Positions 1 to 9,771 of a stretch of 58,017 nucleotides of DNA are shown here, piece by piece. Source of the DNA: Planctomycetota bacterium (GTDB lineage: Bacteria > Planctomycetota > UBA8108 > UBA1146); contig DUAN01000226.1 of NCBI GenBank assembly GCA_012960845.1, forward strand, positions 1 through 58,017, given 5' to 3'. Below the pieces are notes generated by a model. That model had not been told where the DNA came from. It saw nothing but the letters and a program-made list of their open reading frames with translations, and made no database searches. Within the stretch, counting starts at the first letter, position 1. Every line of letters begins with the position of its first letter. A program made the translations under genes and the position numbers.

Positions 1-25
1 CCACGGTGCAAGGCGTGCCTGTGGG

Positions 26-1813
26 CTATCGCATGCCGCCGGCTCGGATCCTCACCTGCAGCAGGAAGTTGACGAGGATGTTCTCGATGGTCGCTTCATT
101 GTCCGAACTACTCTGCTTGCCAAAGTGCGACAACACGTGGAGTACTCGACCTCGCTTGACCGGAAAGGTGATCGCCACCGCGCCTTCGCCACACAATTGC
201 CTCAGATCTTCCGAATCGACCAGCACCTGGACCTTCTTCGACTGGATGTCGAGAGCGGGACTCTCCTTGTCAATCTTCCAGCGGTGGGCGACCAGACGGA
301 TATCGGGATCTTCGATCTCGGAACCGGAATCGGAGCCTTCCTCACCGACGGCGGTCTTGCCGCGACGGCCGTCCACATCCGCATCGTCATCCTCGACCGA
401 AGGATCGTATCCGTCTTCATCTTCATCGTCGTCTTCATCGTCGTAGCCCGCCCACCGTTCACGACGGAGCGCCTCGAGATCGACCGGTGGAATGAAGACG
501 CCCCTCAGCATCGGATGAGCAGTCATGCCACGTTCGGGACTGATGACCACCTCTCCTCCCTCGAGGGGAACACCCGCTCGAACGAAACGACCGAACCCGA
601 CCTCCAGCAGTTCGACCAGGACCCAGTCCTCGGTAAACAGATAGCCACCTTTTTCGACCCATTTCACCAGCTTGTCGACGGCGGTCTGTTTCATCTTGAA
701 CTGGACGGTGTCGTGGGGAGCCGGCCCCTCGCACTTGTGCAATCTCTTGCCGGTGTAGGCTCCTGCAGTGTGACCGGGACTCTGACAGAACTTGTGGATC
801 TGCGAGCAGTTGATGAAGATCGCCGCCACCTTGTCGAGAGAGAAGGAGGGATCCTCCAGTTCTCCCTTCTCGACCACGGTGTTGGCCACCTTGATTCGAT
901 CGAGAACCTGTTCGATATGGTCGTAGTTGGTGTCAAAGCCATTGGCCGCAGTCGGCCCCTTCACCACCAGCACTGATCCTGCGGGCATCTCTTCCAGTCC
1001 CAGGAACTGACGCGCCCGGACCGGGTCCAACGGGCGAGCGAGCCCGGTGGTTGCGGTTTGCTCTTCCGCTTCATCACGGATCACCTTCAAACCACGCACT
1101 CGTTCCTTGTTCCACCACCCCTGCCAGTTGATCAGACTGTCTCCCAGTTGCTGACGAGTGAGTGATTCGAGGGCTGCAATGATGGCACGCTTGAGTGCCG
1201 TCGCGGGCTTCTTGCCACCCTTCTCCTTGGCGTCTTCTCGAGCCAGGATCGGCATCAGAATATCGACGGTTCGACGGACCGGTACATTGGCGGCGATATC
1301 GACCGCCATCATCTGCATGTCGGCACTGCCCTGGTCCAGCACTCGACGGATCACTCGATTGGCATACTTCGATCGACACTTGCGCAGAGAATTGAGCAGG
1401 TCCCTGGAGATCGCCTTGGACTTGTATCGAATCACGAACTCGCCCATCTCGGTGAAGGCATCGGGCCCCTTGAACCCGGCCACCCCCTGGAGCAGAAACC
1501 AGTAGATGTCGTCGGGCCCCTTCTCCAGTGCTGCTGCAGTAGCGAGCACCGAAGCGGCGCCATCGCGGCCCGGCATCTTGCCGACGGTACGAAGGACTTC
1601 GGCGAGTGCCGAGGCATCCCCCGACATCGCGGCCTGTTGAACTAACTTGCGGATCTCCTTGGCGGTGAGGCCATCCTCGTCCTTCGGCAGTTCGACGGCT
1701 GGAACCACTTCAGATCGGATCTTTTCGGCGAACTCAGTGGCGGGCAACAGTCGTGCGGACAGGATCAGGAGTCCGATCAGCGACAGCGACAAGATTCTCA
1801 ACGATGGGTTCAT
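26..1813 (-). CDS. exported hypothetical protein (HEAT-like helical N-domain plus GATase1/ThuA-like alpha/beta domain carrying a poly-acidic insert)
   Basis: From ORF 26..1891. I moved the start to ATG 1813, which has GAAGGAA about 8 nt upstream and opens a signal-peptide-like MNPSLRILSLSLIGLLILSARLLPA. The C-half (VLVVKG...KWVEKGGYLFTEDW) looks like a class-I amidotransferase-like fold, split by DDEDDDEDEDGYDPSVEDDDADVD. No specific family recognised. Confidence 0.6.
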   Translation of the reverse strand: MNPSLRILSLSLIGLLILSARLLPATEFAEKIRSEVVPAVELPKDEDGLTAKEIRKLVQQAAMSGDASALAEVLRTVGKMPGRDGAASVLATAAALEKGPDDIYWFLLQGVAGFKGPDAFTEMGEFVIRYKSKAISRDLLNSLRKCRSKYANRVIRRVLDQGSADMQMMAVDIAANVPVRRTVDILMPILAREDAKEKGGKKPATALKRAIIAALESLTRQQLGDSLINWQGWWNKERVRGLKVIRDEAEEQTATTGLARPLDPVRARQFLGLEEMPAGSVLVVKGPTAANGFDTNYDHIEQVLDRIKVANTVVEKGELEDPSFSLDKVAAIFINCSQIHKFCQSPGHTAGAYTGKRLHKCEGPAPHDTVQFKMKQTAVDKLVKWVEKGGYLFTEDWVLVELLEVGFGRFVRAGVPLEGGEVVISPERGMTAHPMLRGVFIPPVDLEALRRERWAGYDDEDDDEDEDGYDPSVEDDDADVDGRRGKTAVGEEGSDSGSEIEDPDIRLVAHRWKIDKESPALDIQSKKVQVLVDSEDLRQLCGEGAVAITFPVKRGRVLHVLSHFGKQSSSDNEATIENILVNFLLQVRIRAGGMR

Positions 1814-1933
1814 GAACGGATTCCTTCGATGAGTGGAATCCATGAGGTGGAATCCAACCGACGATGCGAGGACTGTCGCAACCGGCGACATCGAGGGACA
1901 TTGTATCCCCTCAACAGGGGTCGGATGAATGCC

Positions 1934-3784
1934 CTATTTCGAGCCAGAATCCGATTCTAGTAGTCGCCGGGCGACGATGGAGATGATCGATTCATCGCGA
2001 AAGGTCGGATCCATCTTGTACCAGGACAGATTTCCGGAGCGATCGATCGCCACCAGCGTCCCCCCCCCGACAGCAGCGTTGTACGCCTTGTAATTGACGT
2101 AGTCCTTGTTCATCTCCATCCCAACCGGAAATGCCAGGCCCAACGATCCCGCCTCGATCGTCATCGAATCCAGCTGTCCGGATAGATCGTTTCTTCCCTT
2201 GGGAATCGCCACCCACCCGACTCGAAGTCCTTCATGCCAGTGGGTCACATACAACTGCTGTAGATTTTTGATCGTGTCGCGATAACGCGCATTGTTGTAG
2301 GGGGCAAAGAGCAGCAGCACCACGTTGCCCTGCTCCTGAATCGGATCGAGAGAAACGTTGGAGATCCAGCCGTCTCCCAGATCGAGTGAGGGAGCGGGCT
2401 TGCCCACCAGGCGAACCAAGGTGTCATACACTCGTTCGGTCCTGTTGATGTAAACCTGGCCGACATTGGTGATCCGATTCTCTCCCTGCCGAGCGATCAA
2501 CAGTTCCTGTTCCTCACGCAAACTCTGCTCTGCTGCGAGATAATCACCCATCGCAAACTCGATGAACCCGAGGGTGAAATTGATCTCCTCGTGGTATCGC
2601 TGGAAATCACCGCGCGTCTTGAGACTGAGTTCCACTGGTTTCCCATCGAAGACCACGGGCTTGCCCTCTGCGGCGGAGTGAATCACATCTTCGATCGATC
2701 TCCACCAGTGCAGGGCATCCAACAACCTCCCCGCCTCGAGCAATGCCTTACCCCTCAGGTGAAAGACATGGGGCAACAATTCGGACTCGAGATGGTGAGC
2801 CAGAAATGAATCCGCGGTCGAAACCGCACCCGAGTGATCATGATCACGGAGTTGTGAATTGAGAAGAGCGCAACGAACCACATCGAGATCCTCGAGAGAA
2901 CCGCACTGGTCGACCAGGATCCGGTACTGGCCAATCGCCTTGGGGTACTGCTGGGAGTGCCAGAAGCTGTCTGCCTTCAACCGGACCAGCCTGCAATTGA
3001 TCGCCTCTCCCTCGGGAATCGCCGAGATCGCTTCCTTCAGATGAGCCTGGATCCGGGCGAAGTAGTTGCGGCGCAAGACCTGGATCCAGGACGAATCGGG
3101 ATCCTTACCATTTCTCTCCTTGTAGAGACGAGTCGAATCGATGAAGGTTCGGTTTGAATTCAGCAGGTAGAGACGGCACAGCACCGTGATGACCGCAGTT
3201 CGATACTCGCTGACCGGGAATTCGGCGAGAAAGGCCTCGCCCTCGACGATGGTCCGATCGGTCAACTGCTGCAACTCCTCCAGCGTCATCCCGATCGGCT
3301 TGCGAACATCATCCGGAATTCGCGCCTCGACACCGATGATGGCGAGCGCTTGCTCTTTTTCTCGATCGACTGGCGCTGTCTCGGTCTCGTCATCCCCAGC
3401 AGCAGCGGGAAGGGTCCGTTCGGAATCGGTCAGCAGCGAATCCGTGACAGTTTCATCCGGCACAGTTTCAGCCGTCACAGTTTCAGCCGTCACAGTGCCA
3501 TCTGCGAAAGCAGGACCCAACAGCGGATTCGATTCGATCATTTCGGATGGTTGCCAGGCCGCGCTCGGAGATTTGAGACCCAGGGCAGAGACTACCGGCC
3601 CGGAGAGGAAGATGTGGATGGTACTGACCGCAGAAAAGAGGAAGACCGCGACCAGTAATCGCATCCATCCCCTGAAATAGAAACGAAGCCGCGGTCGATC
3701 GTAAGTAAAATTGTCCATCGAGATATGGATCCTTCCGAAGTCGCTGGCGCCGACGAGTTCACGAATCCAGGCTCCCATTCTCAC
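1934..3784 (-). CDS. membrane-anchored TPR-like protein with C-terminal Cys-less TlpA/redoxin-like thioredoxin fold
   Basis: 616-aa ORF with one N-terminal TM helix (MRLLVAVFLFSAVSTIHIFLSG). It has a (TVTAE)n linker and a helical repeat region. The C-terminus (VVLLLFAPYNNARYR...GLRVGWVAIP...LAFPVG...GGGTLVAIDRSGNL) matches the redoxin layout but has no CXXC. Start is uncertain: GTG 3784, ATG 3778 or ATG 3718. Confidence 0.6.
   Translation of the reverse strand: MRMGAWIRELVGASDFGRIHISMDNFTYDRPRLRFYFRGWMRLLVAVFLFSAVSTIHIFLSGPVVSALGLKSPSAAWQPSEMIESNPLLGPAFADGTVTAETVTAETVPDETVTDSLLTDSERTLPAAAGDDETETAPVDREKEQALAIIGVEARIPDDVRKPIGMTLEELQQLTDRTIVEGEAFLAEFPVSEYRTAVITVLCRLYLLNSNRTFIDSTRLYKERNGKDPDSSWIQVLRRNYFARIQAHLKEAISAIPEGEAINCRLVRLKADSFWHSQQYPKAIGQYRILVDQCGSLEDLDVVRCALLNSQLRDHDHSGAVSTADSFLAHHLESELLPHVFHLRGKALLEAGRLLDALHWWRSIEDVIHSAAEGKPVVFDGKPVELSLKTRGDFQRYHEEINFTLGFIEFAMGDYLAAEQSLREEQELLIARQGENRITNVGQVYINRTERVYDTLVRLVGKPAPSLDLGDGWISNVSLDPIQEQGNVVLLLFAPYNNARYRDTIKNLQQLYVTHWHEGLRVGWVAIPKGRNDLSGQLDSMTIEAGSLGLAFPVGMEMNKDYVNYKAYNAAVGGGTLVAIDRSGNLSWYKMDPTFRDESIISIVARRLLESDSGSK
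3446..3496 (-). repeat. 15-nt in-frame tandem repeat encoding (T-V-T/P-A/D-E)n
   Basis: cacagtttcagccgt occurs at 3461..3475 and 3476..3490, flanked by a 12/15 copy (3446..3460) and a partial copy. It translates on the minus strand as TVTAETVTAETVPDETVTD. Confidence 0.85.
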
Positions 3785-3904
3785 CTGAAGCGACGAGGGG
3801 GAACCGGCAATCGGTAGGTGCGCCTACAGAAGCATAACGAAATTGGCCAAAAAACGCCAATCGAGGGGTAGTACCCTGACTATGGATCGATTCGGAAATC
3901 GACT

Positions 3905-6900
3905 TCAGGGTCGCAGGTCGAGGACTCTCTGGTCCGACCCACTGAGTTCGACCTGTCCGCGCGGAGGCGGATCCAGCGGCGTCCGACGACTGGAATAGAA
4001 CACATCGTAGGTTCCAGCAGAGAGGCCCGAGATGGAGTAGTTGCCCGATTCATCGATCTCACCAGCACGCCGAGGAAGACCTGGGCTGCGGGCAGACACC
4101 CGTCCGCCCTGGAGCAGAGTCCCACTGCTGTCGCGCACCTGCCCGCGGATCGATGCGCCTCTTTCGAGCACCACCCGGAGCCGTGCGCTGCCGTCCGACT
4201 TCTTCACCACCGCCACCGATTGGGTCGGAATGTACATGGAATGATCGATGGAAACGCGATAGAAACCATCGTCGAGTCCTGCGAGAATTCCTCTCCCAGT
4301 CTCGTCGGTGGTGGCGTTGACCGCCGAACGATTGGAACCCCTTCTCGAATTCGAAGCGGCGGATGAATCTCCAGCGGGATTCTCCTCCAGAAGAGTGGCA
4401 TGCAGGTTCGCACCCTCCACCACGCTACCCGCCTGATCCACCACATCGACGATAACTCGGCCTCCGGGATCGAGTTGGATGAGAATCGAATCATCCGAAT
4501 TGGCCGCAGGAATCTGCACCGGAAAAGTCGCCGTGACGAATCCATCGGCAGCTGCAGAGACCTGATACGGGTTCGCGCTCAATCCATCGACCTCGAACTC
4601 ACCCTCCCGATTCGAGCGATCCCAACGCCCCCTGCTGTTGCGACCCTGTGCGCTTCGAACCGTCACTCGAGCCCCCCGGATCGCTTCTCCCGTCTCCAGA
4701 TCGACCACCACTCCCCTCAGAGAGAACTCCTGTTTCAGCACGATCTCGATGGGCCCGTGGACCGGGTCGATTTCCCGCAGTTGGGTCCGCAGATAGCCCG
4801 ATGAATCGCACCTCACATCGACCAGCCCCGGGGCCAGTTGATCGATGGAGAAGTAACCGTCCAGCCCAGTGAGGCCTCCGCGACGGGCACCTGTTGAATC
4901 GCTGACCGAGAGCTGGGCTCCATTCACCGGGGCCCCTCGTTGATCGATGACGATGCCAGAGAGAGTGGTTTCCCGCAGCAACTTCAAATCGATACGCAAC
5001 TGCTCATCGGCACGGATCAGTTGATCCGAGAGAAGGGCGTCGCCGAACCCCTGAGCACTGGCACGAATTGAGAATTTGCCTTCGACCAGTCCGGAGATCT
5101 GGAAGTGGCCGGTCTCATCAGTTCGTGTGCTGCGATTATTTTGATTCCAGCCGCGACCTCCGGTTTGAAAGGAGATGGTGGCGTCTGGAACAGGCATCCC
5201 TTCACCGGTCACGATGCCGCTCACTACTGCCCCCCAGCGCAGCATCAGTTTCACTCCGGTGGTGTTCTGTCCCTGGGGATTGATCGTCAGCTCTTCACTC
5301 GCCAGAAGTAATGGGAACGAAGCGGTCAGGTGCCACTGCGAATCTGGTCGTGGAAAAGAGATCCGAAAACTCCCGTCCGATTTCGACCAGGCAGTGCTGC
5401 TGCCACCGCGTCGCCGATTACGACTACCCTGGCGAACCTGGTTGGCCGTGATGCGGGCACCGGAAACCGGCTTCCCGTCGGGTGAATAGACGATTCCTTC
5501 CACCACCTCTGCCTCGGCAAGAACCACATCTCCCAGATCTCCCCCAACCGCTGGGTCGATCTGTTGAGTCCACTGCAGAAAGCCGCGGGCGAGGATCTCC
5601 AGGCCGGTCTCATCGAGGTGCAACAGAAGACTGAATTTGCCACTGTCATCGGTGGATGCGAAATCTCCGGACCCCCAGTTTTGGCCCAACTGTACGCGAG
5701 CTCTGGAGATGGGATTCCCCCTTGGATCGATCACTCGACCGGTCAGGATCGGGGCCTTCTGCAGTACCACATCGATACGGTCCTTGAAATTCGAGAAATC
5801 CCCGGCGGGCCAGGCGCTCTGGTCGGGACCGGTTTCGATGGTCAGACGATGTTGCTTCCACTCGGTGCCTTTAAAGGTGAGGCGATACTCTCCAGGTTTC
5901 ACCGTGTCGATCACGAACTCGCCCCGCTCACCGGAAAGAGTCTTGCCGGATGAGCCTCGAGGTCGTTGGGTCGCCTCCACCTCGATCCCCTCGAGGGGAT
6001 CCCCGGACTCGTCACGAACGATGCCGCGGATCAGCGCTCCAGGTTCCAGTTCCACCACGATGGGAAGGGGTGATTCTGGATCGGGCTCGATGCCCCTCAA
6101 TCGACCATCGACAAAGCCCTTCGCTTGACAACTGATCTCGAAGGTGCCAAGGGGAATTCCCAGTAACTGAAATCGACCGGAAGCATCGCTGACGGCATGG
6201 GAAAGGGGTCTCGGCAACTGCGCCCAGCGACCTTGATCCGGGTCCCTCAATCGGACGATCGCTCCCTCGATCTCGACCCCCGAGGTCGACACCACGACCC
6301 CATCGATGCGTGCCCCGGTATCGAGCAGCAGGGTGATCTCTCGCGATGTACTCAATGTCAATCGCTGACTCGCCTGAGCCAGAGGATCTTTGATGGCGTA
6401 GACCTGGTAATCGAGGCCGGGCAGCCGATGGAACTGGACCCGCCCATCGGCATCGGTACGGCCCCCCTGCATCGGTGGATTGAGCATGTACAGCAACAGT
6501 TCTTCACTGGAAAAGTACCACGCTTCCCCACCGGCTGCCGGGTCGACCAGATTGCCGCGCACGATCACCTTTGCATCGGCAACGACACCTTGCGAATCGA
6601 TGGTCTGAACCGTCAATTGTGAGCCCCTCAGCAACCACAGATCGCGGCGGATGGGGGAATCTTCCAGTTCGATCAGTTCATGAGCCGGAGTCACCAATGA
6701 ACCTTCCGTCACCGCCGCTACCAGATACGATCCCCGATTCAGATCCCGAAACTGGTACCTCCCGCGACCGTCCGCCACCGTCTCGGAGTGCAAGATCAAC
6801 GATTGTGATAGATCTTTCCTCAAGGGCAGGGCCGTGATCTGGGCTCCCCCCCCATCGCGGAGTTGCTCCCAGTCCACCACCTCCCACAACGCGACTCCTC

Positions 6901-7207
6901 CCCGGTCATTGAACTGCGCAGGGAATTGAACCCGATAGAGCAAGACCTGCGCCGCCGCTGCCGCCGAACTCTCGAAGGATGAAATGATTCCAGAGATCTG
7001 TACCGGCCCCGCTTCTGCAGTGCCTGCGAGATCCAGGTCTGGTTGAGCAAGAGCAGGATCGAGCGGCAGTGAATCCACCACTGGTTCGACCGCCACGGAA
7101 GAGTGCTCGAGCGGCCCGAAGTCCAACCATTGATCTCTGAGAAACCAGCCGAGGAGGAGTGTCAGTCCCACCACCAGCCCCAGTGCAATCAGTGTGTTCC
7201 TCGACAT
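3905..7207 (-). CDS. large exported protein made of ~10-12 carboxypeptidase-regulatory-like (CarboxypepD_reg) domains
   Basis: From ORF 3905..7384. Start set to ATG 7207 (MSRNTLIALGLVVGLTLLLGW), preceded by AAGGAG 7 nt upstream. It contains reiterated ~80-aa units with the signature [LI]xGxVxDxxGxPhxGAxV, e.g. LTGRVIDPRGNPISRARVQL, LSGIVIDQRGAPVNGAQLSV, LRGVVVDLETGEAIRGARVTV. Confidence 0.8.
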   Translation of the reverse strand: MSRNTLIALGLVVGLTLLLGWFLRDQWLDFGPLEHSSVAVEPVVDSLPLDPALAQPDLDLAGTAEAGPVQISGIISSFESSAAAAAQVLLYRVQFPAQFNDRGGVALWEVVDWEQLRDGGGAQITALPLRKDLSQSLILHSETVADGRGRYQFRDLNRGSYLVAAVTEGSLVTPAHELIELEDSPIRRDLWLLRGSQLTVQTIDSQGVVADAKVIVRGNLVDPAAGGEAWYFSSEELLLYMLNPPMQGGRTDADGRVQFHRLPGLDYQVYAIKDPLAQASQRLTLSTSREITLLLDTGARIDGVVVSTSGVEIEGAIVRLRDPDQGRWAQLPRPLSHAVSDASGRFQLLGIPLGTFEISCQAKGFVDGRLRGIEPDPESPLPIVVELEPGALIRGIVRDESGDPLEGIEVEATQRPRGSSGKTLSGERGEFVIDTVKPGEYRLTFKGTEWKQHRLTIETGPDQSAWPAGDFSNFKDRIDVVLQKAPILTGRVIDPRGNPISRARVQLGQNWGSGDFASTDDSGKFSLLLHLDETGLEILARGFLQWTQQIDPAVGGDLGDVVLAEAEVVEGIVYSPDGKPVSGARITANQVRQGSRNRRRGGSSTAWSKSDGSFRISFPRPDSQWHLTASFPLLLASEELTINPQGQNTTGVKLMLRWGAVVSGIVTGEGMPVPDATISFQTGGRGWNQNNRSTRTDETGHFQISGLVEGKFSIRASAQGFGDALLSDQLIRADEQLRIDLKLLRETTLSGIVIDQRGAPVNGAQLSVSDSTGARRGGLTGLDGYFSIDQLAPGLVDVRCDSSGYLRTQLREIDPVHGPIEIVLKQEFSLRGVVVDLETGEAIRGARVTVRSAQGRNSRGRWDRSNREGEFEVDGLSANPYQVSAAADGFVTATFPVQIPAANSDDSILIQLDPGGRVIVDVVDQAGSVVEGANLHATLLEENPAGDSSAASNSRRGSNRSAVNATTDETGRGILAGLDDGFYRVSIDHSMYIPTQSVAVVKKSDGSARLRVVLERGASIRGQVRDSSGTLLQGGRVSARSPGLPRRAGEIDESGNYSISGLSAGTYDVFYSSRRTPLDPPPRGQVELSGSDQRVLDLRP

Positions 7208-7542
7208 GCGAATCTCCTTGGTAGTGAGCCGCTTCGCCACTGCCCATATTGGACCCGATCCGGACCATCGATGCACCTGTCGACTGGCTTCCGCCACCAG
7301 CGCTATCACCCTGGAACTCTCGATATGGGGCAGTGTCCAGGAAGCGGCCATCGGTAATCGGGTAATGAAGCAATGGAGCAGCAATCAACATCAATCCACT
7401 TTCGAATGCGATCACCAGAGGGACCTCCGAACCGCTCTCCGAACCGGGCGAGGCGCCAGCCGCCGACCACGAGCCGAGAAGGACAGCCACCCAACGTTCC
7501 CCTCTGTGGAGACCGGCACTGTTTCTGTGGATCGGTACCCTG

Positions 7543-9771
7543 GTGCCGTGGCAGTGGCCACTACCGAGTGGATTTCCCGCTCCCATCTTGCTGCTGGCGA
7601 TGGCCTTCATCGGTTGCTGTCCAGGCCCACGGTCACTGTTACTTCGGACCTTTCTGCCCCTCACCATCGGACTCTATCTCGGGCCGGGTCCACCCCCTGT
7701 GGAAGCAGACCTCCCCTCCGGACCGGTCCATCTGGAGGCGGTGGTCTGCTCGCCGCCGCGCCAGGGTCAGGATCATCGAAAGTGGCATGGCCAAAGACGC
7801 TGGACCACCGTCCGCCTCGATCAGATCCGTCAGGGTGATCAGCCGATCGTCGGGAAACTGCGGGTCACCCTGCCAGGAGCCGCCCGCCTCGGACGCGGCG
7901 ATCGGCTACAACTGTACTTGCGAGCCGGTTCGGGAGGTCGTCGCCAGGTCATCGACTCTCAGCAGTGGAGCATCATCGAAAGCGGTGGCTGGATGTCGCG
8001 CGCCGATCACTGGCGTCAGGCGGCAATTGACCGGTTGCTGGCGACCGATGGATGGTGGGGTTGCGCGCTGCTGCTGGGGGAACGAGGACTGCTCGAGTCG
8101 GGGACCCGGTGGACGATGCAGAGAACTGGCCTCGGACATCTGCTGGCAGTGAGTGGATTGCACATCGGCATCGTGCTGAGTTTGTTTCTTTTCATGGCTC
8201 GGCGACTGCGGCCACCCTGGTCTCACATGGTGCGCTGCACCGGCGCCTTGGTGGTGCTGGGTCAGGCGTTCCTCTCGGGAGCGGATCCACCAGCGATCCG
8301 CGCCGCCATGACTGGCGCGATGCTCGCCAGCGGCCTGCTGGGAGGGCGGATTCCCACTCCTCTTCATGCCCTTTCCTTCTCGATGTTGATCTGGTGTGCG
8401 ATGGGGTTGGCGCCGCCATCTCCGGCAGCGACCATCTCGTTGTGCGCAGTGGCAGGGATCCACCTGGTCACCACAGGTCGAGGGAACTCCCGCTCGATCC
8501 TCGCTGCAGGACTGGGCGCCTTCTTCGGTGCTCATGTGGCGCTGGCATGGTGGAGTCCTGAAATGTCGCCACTGTCACCGCTCTGGACCCTGGTGATGCT
8601 GATTCCCATTTCGATCGGGATCGTGTTGTCGATGGTCCAACTGCTGCTTCTCGAACTGCTGCCCACAGAACTACTGCGCCACGGCTGGCATGCCATCGGT
8701 GCCGTGCTCGAAACGATCCCTCAGTGGGCCGATCGAACACCATGGAGTCCCTGGATGGCACCGGTGATCGGAGTGCCCGCCTTGTCACTGACGATGCTGG
8801 CACTGCTGCTGATCAGTGCCGGGCGACTGCGCTGGGCCATGACTGCGGCGCTGGCTGCACTGCTCTGCGTGGCGATCCAGAGTTCCCTCCCCGATGAAGG
8901 CACCATCCGTCTGCTCTCGACCGGGCGCGGCCAATGCTTGCTGCTCGACTCGCCAGAGGCGACCCTGCTCTACGATGCGGGATCGCTCGACGCTCCCGAC
9001 GGGGGTGCCGCACGAGTCCGCAAAGCACTGTGGAAAGCCGGTCGTTCACGCATCGACTGGATCATCATCTCGCACCCCCATCTCGATCACTACTCCGCAG
9101 TACCCGAGTTGATCGCTAGCGGAACCGTCGGAGGTATACTGGTTTCGAGCAACTTTTCCCTCTCTGCAGTGGGTCGCGCGCTGGAACAGCAGGCTCAACA
9201 GCACGGAGTTGCGGTGAAACACCTCTCGACCGGCGATCGGCTGCGGATCGGTCGATGGTCCATCCGAGTCCTGGTCAGCCCCGATCCACGAGCTCCCGGT
9301 CCGGCCATCTCGACCAACGATCGCTCGATGGTGATCGAGGTGAAAGGCCCCGAGGGCTCGCTGTTGCTCCCTGGAGACGCCGAGGCACCCCTGCTGAGCA
9401 GCACCTTCCTCTCCGGTCCCATCGATATCTTGTTACTGCCACACCACGGTTCGCACAGTCTCCCGCTGGCGCAGTGGATCGCCCATCTGGCTCCGCGCCA
9501 GGTGATCGTGTCACGGCGCGGACGATTGCCCCGCGAAACTCAACAGGCGCTCGCAACCGTGGCAATCACCTCGGTGGGGATGACTGGATCGCCACATCCT
9601 CTACACCGCAAGATCGACGACTCCTCGCCAGACCCCTTGCCCGATCCGCAACCGCTGTCAAAGATATCGTTCCCGCCGGCGATCATCTGCCGGCGCAAGG
9701 AAGGACCTTCAAGATGCCCGGTGGCCCAGCGGAATCGACAGCCCCAGAAGCCTCGAATCTCTCCTTCATGA
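7543..9771 (+). CDS. comEC: DNA internalization-related competence protein ComEC/Rec2 (competence domain plus metallo-beta-lactamase domain)
   Basis: Polytopic membrane core with GLGHLLAVSGLHIGIV. C-terminal MBL motifs are IISHPHLDHYSAVPEL and LLPHHGSHS. GTG start at 7543 is uncertain. Confidence 0.85.
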   Translation: MPWQWPLPSGFPAPILLLAMAFIGCCPGPRSLLLRTFLPLTIGLYLGPGPPPVEADLPSGPVHLEAVVCSPPRQGQDHRKWHGQRRWTTVRLDQIRQGDQPIVGKLRVTLPGAARLGRGDRLQLYLRAGSGGRRQVIDSQQWSIIESGGWMSRADHWRQAAIDRLLATDGWWGCALLLGERGLLESGTRWTMQRTGLGHLLAVSGLHIGIVLSLFLFMARRLRPPWSHMVRCTGALVVLGQAFLSGADPPAIRAAMTGAMLASGLLGGRIPTPLHALSFSMLIWCAMGLAPPSPAATISLCAVAGIHLVTTGRGNSRSILAAGLGAFFGAHVALAWWSPEMSPLSPLWTLVMLIPISIGIVLSMVQLLLLELLPTELLRHGWHAIGAVLETIPQWADRTPWSPWMAPVIGVPALSLTMLALLLISAGRLRWAMTAALAALLCVAIQSSLPDEGTIRLLSTGRGQCLLLDSPEATLLYDAGSLDAPDGGAARVRKALWKAGRSRIDWIIISHPHLDHYSAVPELIASGTVGGILVSSNFSLSAVGRALEQQAQQHGVAVKHLSTGDRLRIGRWSIRVLVSPDPRAPGPAISTNDRSMVIEVKGPEGSLLLPGDAEAPLLSSTFLSGPIDILLLPHHGSHSLPLAQWIAHLAPRQVIVSRRGRLPRETQQALATVAITSVGMTGSPHPLHRKIDDSSPDPLPDPQPLSKISFPPAIICRRKEGPSRCPVAQRNRQPQKPRISPS

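Noticed and set aside
330-460. Repetitive gtcttcatc / gtcgtc DNA that looks like a microsatellite.
   Set aside because: It is the coding sequence (minus strand) of the poly-Asp/Glu insert of the first protein. This is low-complexity coding sequence, not a non-coding repeat.
6906-7667. A 253-aa minus-strand ORF spanning the 7208..7542 intergenic gap. ORFs 7194..7838 and 7373..8152 are in the same category.
   Set aside because: They overlap the confirmed 5' ends of two genes, have Gly/Arg/Ser-rich composition, and lack an SD and any recognisable domain.
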